DNA from: a virus
Lineage: Duplodnaviria > Caudoviricetes
Length of the DNA stretch: 64,000 nt
Reading direction: 5' to 3' (one strand)
Virus record (IMG/VR): IMGVR_UViG_3300033076_001354
Location: 32,001-96,000 of that record
The first letter of the stretch is position 1. Every line of letters starts with the position of its first letter. Shown in pieces: positions 56,450 to 64,000 of the stretch. Position numbers and translations under genes: made by a program. The notes below the pieces were generated by a model. It had not been told where the DNA came from, made no database searches, and worked only from the letters and a program-made list of their open reading frames with translations.

Positions 56450-57096
56450 TGAAGTACATATTCATGGCCGGCGCACCCGGATCAAAGTGGAGCTCGGTCG
56501 CCCGCAGCATCTACTTCAGCAGCGACATCAATCAGAGCGACTTCTCGCTCAATCGCAGGTACTTCCACGACGCGTCGGGTAAGCGCCAGCTCATGCACCT
56601 TGGGTCCTACTTCGATCCGGGAATGGAGTTCGGAAACGAGTTCAACATGCTCAACCTATTAAGCAAAGAAGAATGCGAGCAAGAGTTCGATCGACCGTTC
56701 ACCCACGACATGGGAACAAAGATTATAAAGAGCCACTTCTTTACGTACTACTTAGATTATCTCAAAGAAACGTGGAAAGACCCGATAGTCTTGGTAAGTC
56801 GTGACTCGGACGCCTGTATAGGGTGGTGGATCAGGTGCGGTCACTTTAACATCACCTATCCTAAGTACGACTTCTATAAAAACATCGACGATATGGTCAA
56901 GTACGTCGATGCCCAGAATAAGTTCATAAAGAGGTTCATCGATGAGAACGAGACCCTTCAGGTATGGAACAGCCTCGAGCTGGCCCAAGCCCTAGGAATC
57001 AACGACGAGGGCGTCTACCACCAAGACTACAAGCGAAACGACATCAAGGTCCACCTCTACTGGGGCAAATACGACGGGAGTCAGGCTTTCCTCTGA
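56449..57096 (+). CDS. P-loop sulfotransferase-like protein, paralog of 55201
   Basis: IFMAGAPGSKWS and IIKSH. Confidence 0.6.
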   Translation: MKYIFMAGAPGSKWSSVARSIYFSSDINQSDFSLNRRYFHDASGKRQLMHLGSYFDPGMEFGNEFNMLNLLSKEECEQEFDRPFTHDMGTKIIKSHFFTYYLDYLKETWKDPIVLVSRDSDACIGWWIRCGHFNITYPKYDFYKNIDDMVKYVDAQNKFIKRFIDENETLQVWNSLELAQALGINDEGVYHQDYKRNDIKVHLYWGKYDGSQAFL

Positions 57097-57099
57097 GAA

Positions 57100-57107
57100 T
57101 ATAAATA
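57100..57107 (+). promoter_or_regulatory. T4 late promoter
   Basis: TATAAATA where the structural genes resume. Confidence 0.75.
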
Positions 57108-57131
57108 GTTTGAAGCTTAGTCGAGGTTACC

Positions 57132-57458
57132 ATGGCAACGAAACTCAATCTGGTCATAGACCAAGGCGCGACCTATTCAAACGCGATTCTCGTGAAAGAT
57201 TCTAGCAACAACGCGATCAATCTTTCGACCTACACCGTAGCGGGACAGATAAGGAAGTACTACACTTCTTCGAACAGCACCGCTTTCACGGCGACCGGAA
57301 ACAGCACCGGTTACGTCAACATCTCACTTACAGCAAACGCGACGGCGAACCTCTCTTCGGGCAGGTACGTCTACGACGTTGAGATCACCAGCAACACGGG
57401 CATAGTGACACGTGTTACGGAAGGCATAGTCACGATCACACCTCAAGTGACACGATAA
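57132..57458 (+). CDS. Small virion adaptor protein
   Basis: NLVIDQGAT, GRYVYDVEI and RVTEGIVTITPQVTR. Confidence 0.8.
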   Translation: MATKLNLVIDQGATYSNAILVKDSSNNAINLSTYTVAGQIRKYYTSSNSTAFTATGNSTGYVNISLTANATANLSSGRYVYDVEITSNTGIVTRVTEGIVTITPQVTR

Positions 57459-57464
57459 CTCAGC

Positions 57465-60400
57465 ATGGATGAGAAGAAGCTTCTTGAGGGATTCGCCAAA
57501 GCCTTAGGTTCGGCAGGCGAGAAAGCGCTCAAAGACATCGAAGAAAAGAAGCTTAAGGAGCAGAAGTACCTTGAGGGTCTGGCTTCAATGCTGGGTCCTG
57601 AGGCAAAGCGGAAGCTCGAAGAGATCGAGAACGAGCAGGCTGAAAAGAAGAAAGCTTTAGAAGCTAAGAAAGAAGAGATCCGAGCGAAGAAGGAGAAGGA
57701 GCAGAGGCTCCTCGATGAGATCAATAAGTCTCTCACCGCGCTCGTTACTGGCAATCCACAATACATTGAAGCGATCGAGCAAGAAGTCGCTGAGACGATA
57801 GCCGAGCTTCCGATAGAAGAAACGATTGCCGCTGCGGTTGAAGAAACGGTTGCTGAAGTCATTGAAGAAGCACCTGTAGAAGAGATCGAAGAAAACGCGG
57901 CTCAGCCTCAACCTGAGCTTCCTAAAGACGACATCATCACACTCGCAGTCAAAGACATTTCCAAATCGGCACCCGGAAAGATACAAGACGTTGTCGATGA
58001 ACTTCCGCGAGGCCTTCGCCGTGAACTCGACATTCTTAAGAAGTCGATCGCAGACCTTCATAGGTTCGCCACGAATCACTCGCAGATGGGTGGAGGCGGC
58101 GAAGTCAAGCTCGCGCGCTTAGACGACGTCGACGCCAGCACGATTGAAGATGGCTACTACCTGCAGTACGACGCCGCTTCTGGAAAGTTCATATTCGCTG
58201 CGGGTGGCGGCGGAGGAGGTACGGGTCCAAGAGGTGCAAACGGTATTAGTATAACCAACGCCGCTGTCAACGGCAACGGCTACCTCATCATAACTTATTC
58301 AAACTCCGCCACGTCGAACGCAGGCTACGTGGTCGGTGCCACAGGTCCGACAGGCGCCAATGGTGCAAATGGAGCCGCTGGAGCAAACGGCGCAAATGGA
58401 ACGAATGGCACTAATGGAACAGATGGCATAGGAATATCCAGCGCTACCGTCAATGGCGATGGTTATCTGACCATAACGTATTCAAATACATATGTGGCAA
58501 ATGCCGGATACGTTGTAGGCCCAGCTGGTTCAGGAAACGGCGGTGTGTCGCAGATCCAATCTAATTGGACGCAGACCAATAACACCGCCGTTGATTTCAT
58601 AAAGAATAAACCCTACGTCCCTACTAATACAGATATAGAAACTGCATATAACAATGTCGTAGCGTACGCTGCGTCAAACACATACGTTAATTCTACGTTT
58701 GCCACTAACACCTATGTCAACGGCACTTTCCAGACTATGTCCGGATTGAGTGCTAATGTTGCAACGCTTGCGGCAAACGCGGCGACTTATTTGAATGGTA
58801 AGACAGAATCTAATCTCAATGTCAACAACGCTTTGACGTCTAATAATTCTACGTATGCTTTTGGTAAGTCTGAATCGGCTCTCAATGTAAACAATGCGCT
58901 TACATCTAACAATTCATCTTACCTTGGTGGAGTCGCTGCTAATGGTTACTTAACGACTACCGGCGTCAATACTTCCAACGGTAGCTTTACTTATTATTCC
59001 AACGCTTCTAATACAGCGTTTAGCATCGTCTTAACGCCTTATACACCTACAGGAAATCAAACTTTTGCGTTTTATACAACAGGATCTATATACGGTCCAC
59101 AAGCGTGGATGTCTTGGCCAGATGGAACTCTGCAAAGAACCGCTTGGACTGGAGCTGCCGATGGTCTGATTGCAAATAGTTCTGGTACATTTGTCAACAA
59201 TTCTTACATAGCCACGCTATCCGCGAATGCTTCGACTTATTTGAATGGTAAGACAGAATCTAATCTAAATGTCAACAATGCATTGACTTCTAACAACGCT
59301 TCTTACTTGGGTGGAAACACTGCTTCTGATCTAAGAACTTATGCAAGTGATTTAGCTGGAAACGCGTATTCAAACGCGATAGCATACGCAGCTTCTAACT
59401 CCACCGTATATTCTACGTTTGCTACCAATACATACGTCAATAGTACTTTCCAGACGATGGCTGGGTTAAGTGCGAACGTTGCAACACTTGCTGCAAATGC
59501 ATCTACGTATCTCAACGGTAAGACGGAAAGTAATCTCAACGTCAACAACTCATTTACATCGAACAACGCCTCTTATTTAGGAGGCAACACGGCTTTAGAC
59601 TTAAGAGCGTATTCTGACACGGCCGCGGGAATCGCATACTCTAACGCGATCAGTTACGCCGCTTCAAACAATGCTGTATACTCGACATTTGCAACTAACA
59701 CTTATGTTAATTCTACGTTTGCGACCAATACCTATGTAAATTCTACGTTTGCTACAAATACCTATGTCAACGACACTTTCCAAACAATGGCTGGGTTAAG
59801 TGCCAACGTAGCGAAACTTTCTGCGAACGCAGCCACTTACTTGAATGGTAAGACTGAACCTAACTTGAACGTCAACAATGCATTGACTTCAAATAACGCC
59901 TCTTACCTCAATGGAAACACAGCAAGCGACATCTTAACCTATGTCGACAATAAATCCGGAAACGCATATACGAACGCGACGGCGTTTTCTTCCAACGCTT
60001 CTAACATCTCCAGTGGAACCGTCGGTGAGCCTAGACTTCCCTACAGAATGGATCAAAACGTAAGAACGACCGACGCGGTTTCGTTCGGTAACATGACGAT
60101 CACGGGTAACCTTACTGTGACCGGCAACGTTGCGGTGATAGGTGCAAACAACCTAACAGTCGTCGACAACATGATATACCTGAATAGTAACAACACCGTT
60201 ACTAATCCGGACTTAGGTTTCGCGGGCAACTACAACGACGGAAGCTACCATCACGCAGGATTCTTTAGGGACGCAACCGATGGGTTCTGGAAAGTATTTG
60301 ATAACTACGCGCCCGAACCCGACGCTTCACCTTACATCGATACGTCAAACAACACTTTCCACATCGCCGACTTCCATGCAAATACGTTTAGAGTAGGCAA

Positions 60401-60662
60401 CACTACTGTCTACTCCACTATCAATAGCACAGCGTTTTCTGGAAGCGCAAATTCCGCATCTTACCTCGGCGGGAATACGGCTTCAGACTTAAGGACCTAC
60501 ACCGACAATAAATCCGGCAACGCTTTCTCCAACGCTGTTTCTACGATGATAGCGAACAGCACGAGCTACACGGGTAACAATACGTTTGGTGGAACGACTA
60601 CCACCTTCAACAGCAACATAGTATTCAACGGGACTTTCACGATCGACGGCGGAACATTCTGA
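57465..60662 (+). CDS. Fibre protein: coiled-coil/acidic N-terminus, collagen-like segment, Asn-rich repeats
   Basis: GGGEVKLARLDDVD; (G-x-x)n near 58335-58433; repeats TFATNTYVNS and YLNGKTESNLNVNN; IDGGTF end. Confidence 0.85.
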   Translation: MDEKKLLEGFAKALGSAGEKALKDIEEKKLKEQKYLEGLASMLGPEAKRKLEEIENEQAEKKKALEAKKEEIRAKKEKEQRLLDEINKSLTALVTGNPQYIEAIEQEVAETIAELPIEETIAAAVEETVAEVIEEAPVEEIEENAAQPQPELPKDDIITLAVKDISKSAPGKIQDVVDELPRGLRRELDILKKSIADLHRFATNHSQMGGGGEVKLARLDDVDASTIEDGYYLQYDAASGKFIFAAGGGGGGTGPRGANGISITNAAVNGNGYLIITYSNSATSNAGYVVGATGPTGANGANGAAGANGANGTNGTNGTDGIGISSATVNGDGYLTITYSNTYVANAGYVVGPAGSGNGGVSQIQSNWTQTNNTAVDFIKNKPYVPTNTDIETAYNNVVAYAASNTYVNSTFATNTYVNGTFQTMSGLSANVATLAANAATYLNGKTESNLNVNNALTSNNSTYAFGKSESALNVNNALTSNNSSYLGGVAANGYLTTTGVNTSNGSFTYYSNASNTAFSIVLTPYTPTGNQTFAFYTTGSIYGPQAWMSWPDGTLQRTAWTGAADGLIANSSGTFVNNSYIATLSANASTYLNGKTESNLNVNNALTSNNASYLGGNTASDLRTYASDLAGNAYSNAIAYAASNSTVYSTFATNTYVNSTFQTMAGLSANVATLAANASTYLNGKTESNLNVNNSFTSNNASYLGGNTALDLRAYSDTAAGIAYSNAISYAASNNAVYSTFATNTYVNSTFATNTYVNSTFATNTYVNDTFQTMAGLSANVAKLSANAATYLNGKTEPNLNVNNALTSNNASYLNGNTASDILTYVDNKSGNAYTNATAFSSNASNISSGTVGEPRLPYRMDQNVRTTDAVSFGNMTITGNLTVTGNVAVIGANNLTVVDNMIYLNSNNTVTNPDLGFAGNYNDGSYHHAGFFRDATDGFWKVFDNYAPEPDASPYIDTSNNTFHIADFHANTFRVGNTTVYSTINSTAFSGSANSASYLGGNTASDLRTYTDNKSGNAFSNAVSTMIANSTSYTGNNTFGGTTTTFNSNIVFNGTFTIDGGTF

Positions 60663-60711
60663 CGTTAAATAGGTTATAACCCGCAGTATATACTGCATAA
60701 AAGGTTGCCAG

Positions 60712-62184
60712 ATGGCTAGCACTATTCAGATCAAGCGAACCGCGGTTGCGGGACGCGCACCCAACACAACCAACTCATCTAATTCGCAGTACATAGCCGC
60801 GGGTGAGCTCGCTCTCAATATGACGGACGGCGTGCTGTATTCTTCGGACGGCACCAACCTGATCTCCATCGGTGCATCGCAGCAGGCTTTCTCAGCTTTT
60901 TCGGTTGCGTCAGAATCCATAAGCACGAATACTGTCACCGCATCCACGGGCTCTTTCAATAACATCTCCACCGATCAAGGCATATCGATCGGCAACTCTA
61001 CTGTCAATGCTTCTGTTAATTCCACCACTTTGTTTGCGGGCAACGGAAGCGTCAATACGTTCGTCAATACGAACTTCATCGCCGTCAGCAACTCGACCGC
61101 GAATATGCAGATCAGCCCGCTCTCACTCTTCAGTGGAAATTCAACGGCGAATCTTTTTATAGACATGGCCGGCGGAACCATCAGTGCAAACATCTCGGCC
61201 GCCTCTCTCGATGCTACAGGTACTGCTACTATTCAAACCTCGACTAATCACAATTTAACATTGACAGCAGGTCTTACCATCAACGTAAGCGGTTCTTCTG
61301 CCCAAGTTTTTAATTCTTCAAACTACACCAAAGCTTTCTCAGTAGTTTCACTGCCTACACCGAATACCATAAAGTTTACTATATCTTCGTCTTCCAGCAC
61401 ACAGACGCCGTCTTCATTTAAGAGCGATGGAAGAAAGCTTTTGAAGCTAGGAAGAAGCAACGGCGTGGCGACCGCAGTGACGTCGAACGCTCACCTTTTC
61501 TCAAATGGTGACACGATCTTTATCAACGACAACATTTTAGTGAATGGAAAGGCTCCAGCTTATAGCTTCAACATTCCCTCGGCTTCTCCAGTCACCGTAA
61601 CGACTGTTAACTCAACTGCATTTACATTCAACAGCCAGAGTCCTACTTCAGTCGTTACATTGAACGGTAAAGCCTACAACATCGCTGCGGTAGCCGCAAC
61701 TGTCACTGCCGACGTGTTCATGAGAATCACGGCGAATAATTCATTTACCGTAGGATCCACTATTAAATTTAATACGATGGTTCCATCCAATGTGGCGTGG
61801 AGTTCAACTAAGACTACGCTCAGCAACGCGTCGTTCTTGGTCACGGCTTCTAACTCTACTTCATTTACGTTGAAGCTTGGATCACATAGGGCTGGAACGC
61901 CGGCAGTCGTAAATACAAACGCCACGATTACTTCGGGTTCCATCGGAACGAGCTTCGATGAAGTTACGGGAAACGTTACCTCGACCGCTTATGTAAATCA
62001 AGTTGTAGCCAACACTTCTGTCGGTGGATCGATTGGAACACAGACGCCCGTCGGCATAACTATTCAAACCGGAAACGGGCAGCTTATGAAGATAACGTCT
62101 TCATTCATCTACGTTGGTTCTGCTTCTAATCTAAACAGTGGTACGTATATTTCTGGCAATCAAATACGTCCTGGGACTATCTAA
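60712..62184 (+). CDS. Fibre protein
   Basis: IQIKRT...GELALNMTDGVLY N-terminal fibre motif. Confidence 0.8.
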   Translation: MASTIQIKRTAVAGRAPNTTNSSNSQYIAAGELALNMTDGVLYSSDGTNLISIGASQQAFSAFSVASESISTNTVTASTGSFNNISTDQGISIGNSTVNASVNSTTLFAGNGSVNTFVNTNFIAVSNSTANMQISPLSLFSGNSTANLFIDMAGGTISANISAASLDATGTATIQTSTNHNLTLTAGLTINVSGSSAQVFNSSNYTKAFSVVSLPTPNTIKFTISSSSSTQTPSSFKSDGRKLLKLGRSNGVATAVTSNAHLFSNGDTIFINDNILVNGKAPAYSFNIPSASPVTVTTVNSTAFTFNSQSPTSVVTLNGKAYNIAAVAATVTADVFMRITANNSFTVGSTIKFNTMVPSNVAWSSTKTTLSNASFLVTASNSTSFTLKLGSHRAGTPAVVNTNATITSGSIGTSFDEVTGNVTSTAYVNQVVANTSVGGSIGTQTPVGITIQTGNGQLMKITSSFIYVGSASNLNSGTYISGNQIRPGTI

Positions 62185-64000
62185 TGGTTGATATTTCTTC
62201 GGTACAGCAAGACAGCATCACAGTTCAATCTCTGCAGAACATAGGCGGGTCAATCGTCGACGCGTCTAATAACTTCTTCGTGAACACAAGCATAATGTTT
62301 ATGGGGAACACGACGACCTCAGTCATTATTCAATCTTCTGGAATATACACGCCGTCTATTGAGCTCGATGGAACGACCGCTAATCTTTCGATAAACACCA
62401 CATCGTTGATGCTAAAGACGACCACCGCGAACTTATACATCGACGTCAACGAAGCTAATTTTCCCGGCGACGTAACGGTGCTCGGCAGCATACTTCTGAC
62501 AGGAAGTTTTGTGTCGAACGGTACCAACGGCAACACCGGTGACGTTTTAGTCTCTGATGGTACAATATCATACTGGTCTTCGGCGGCCAACAACTCTACA
62601 TACGCCTATGGTAAGACCGAAGGCAACCTCAACGTTAACAACTCCCTGACGTCGAACAACGCTTCTTACCTTGGTGGTATAGCGGCGAACCAATATGCCT
62701 ATGCAAATCAGGCTGCGTCTTCCGCTAATAACGCGTCGTATCTTGGTGGTGTTGCAGCCGCAAGCTACATTCAGAACACTGACTCAAGGACTCTATCTGG
62801 CAACTTAAACTTCACCGGATCAAACGTACAATTTAGTTCTTATTACTTAGGTAACGACAGTCAGATTAGGTTTAGAACTGTAAATAGCGCCGCCTACGCA
62901 TACTTCGTTCAGCAGTCAGATGATAACTTCGTCTTCTACACAACTAACGCTTCCTATGCTGCACGACCAGTTTGGTCAATATATGCAAATAGTTCTACAA
63001 GCGCTTTAGGATTTGGTGTTCCCGTAAACTTTAATTCCAACGTCGGTGCTTTGACTGCTAACGGCTCGGTCGGCGCCACAAACCAAGTCTTAACGTCTAA
63101 CGGTTCAACAGTTTATTGGTCTTCACCTGGTGCTGCTTCAGTCAACTCTGCGGCGCAGTATACGTGGACCAATACACATACATTCCAAGCAAACGTTGCG
63201 TTTACTGGAAACAACATAAGCGTTGTGTCGAATACTGGATCAGTTATGTTTGCTGGTGCAAGCGACACAAACTGGAGAATTGGAAGGTCTACCGGTTCTG
63301 TCACAAAGTTCTACTACACCAACAATTCACTTGACTTCATAAGCGGCGGTTCAAACCTTGAAGGGTTTACGTTTGGCGCACCTGGTGTCAACACATACCT
63401 TGAGACTGGTTCAGCTGGAACTTTTACAAAGAACCCAATCTACGTTGGAAACTCAAGCGTCAACGTCACTATCAACTCAACATCGTTCACAGGATCTTCA
63501 AACAACGCTTCTTACCTTGGAGGTGTCGCAGCCGCAGGCTACTTAAGATCTAATACGTCGGGTACTTACAGCGGTGGTGTTTTAAGGTTTACTAATGACA
63601 CTGGTGTTTTAGGTTCATCGACGGGTGAAGCAAACACTCTTCAAATATATCAAGCAAACGTCAATGCCGACGCGTTTCAGACGTTTCATGTATCTGGTGA
63701 TACGGCAGTTCACTTTGGTTTAGATGGAACAACAAACGACTTATTTGTTGGTGGCTGGTCTTTAGGCGCTAACAAATATAAGGTATGGCATCAAAACAAT
63801 GACGGAAGTGGGTCGGGATTAGACGCGGATCTATTGGATGGTGTCAATGGTGCTAACTACGTTCAAAATACTGATTCTAGAACACTGTCCGGCAACTTAA
63901 ACTTTACAGGCGCAAACACATCAATATCTGGCAATCTAACTATTCAATCTACGGGTGAGTTGATTATATCAAACGGTGCCGGCATATACGCGAATGCATC
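62184..64000 (+). CDS. Fibre protein, 3'-truncated by the window (not in ORF track)
   Basis: TAATG overlap; frame open at all spot checks. NNASYLGG, QNTDSRTLSGNL and WHQNNDGSGSGLDADLLDG. Confidence 0.85.
   Translation, partial: MVDISSVQQDSITVQSLQNIGGSIVDASNNFFVNTSIMFMGNTTTSVIIQSSGIYTPSIELDGTTANLSINTTSLMLKTTTANLYIDVNEANFPGDVTVLGSILLTGSFVSNGTNGNTGDVLVSDGTISYWSSAANNSTYAYGKTEGNLNVNNSLTSNNASYLGGIAANQYAYANQAASSANNASYLGGVAAASYIQNTDSRTLSGNLNFTGSNVQFSSYYLGNDSQIRFRTVNSAAYAYFVQQSDDNFVFYTTNASYAARPVWSIYANSSTSALGFGVPVNFNSNVGALTANGSVGATNQVLTSNGSTVYWSSPGAASVNSAAQYTWTNTHTFQANVAFTGNNISVVSNTGSVMFAGASDTNWRIGRSTGSVTKFYYTNNSLDFISGGSNLEGFTFGAPGVNTYLETGSAGTFTKNPIYVGNSSVNVTINSTSFTGSSNNASYLGGVAAAGYLRSNTSGTYSGGVLRFTNDTGVLGSSTGEANTLQIYQANVNADAFQTFHVSGDTAVHFGLDGTTNDLFVGGWSLGANKYKVWHQNNDGSGSGLDADLLDGVNGANYVQNTDSRTLSGNLNFTGANTSISGNLTIQSTGELIISNGAGIYANA

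Noticed and set aside
34052-64000. Diversity-generating retroelement acting on the AAC-rich fibre genes
   Set aside because: No reverse transcriptase and no template/variable repeat pair differing only at adenines was seen.
1-64000. Stop-codon reassignment, introns or inteins
   Set aside because: Core genes are intact and of normal length in the standard code; no homing endonuclease or intein motifs were noticed.

Overview
64 kb segment of a large T4-like myovirus genome in the standard genetic code. The host is very probably an alphaproteobacterium, because the phage carries a circularly permuted two-piece tmRNA. Layout: (1) 1-5.8 kb nucleotide metabolism and accessory genes (class II RNR, RuvC-like resolvase, glutaredoxin, holin-like protein, GT4). 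(2) 5.8-9.9 kb early region with a symmetric divergent promoter/repeat hub. (3) 10-16.9 kb replication genes (rnh, phoH, exonuclease, tmRNA, radical SAM, gp33, gp59, gp32). (4) 16.9-45.6 kb tail and baseplate genes (tape-measure candidate, gp51, gp26, gp54-like, gp2, gp4, gp48, gp53, gp27-like, split gp5, gp25, gp6, gp7/gp8-like, fibres). (5) 46-57 kb, an 11 kb island of glycosyltransferases, P-loop sulfotransferase-like proteins, methyltransferases, Fe/2OG-type oxygenases, a Na+:solute symporter, an APS kinase and an HxGH nucleotidyltransferase, embedded among fibre genes. (6) 57-64 kb further fibre genes. Main candidates for new biology: a virion glycosylation/sulfation system whose likely substrates are the flanking structural proteins dense in N-X-S/T sequons; a classic -1 frameshift signal that would fuse gp26 to gp51 just upstream of the tape-measure candidate; and a permuted phage tmRNA with a long intervening segment that can fold two ways. 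All annotations come from motif recognition by eye. No database searches were run.
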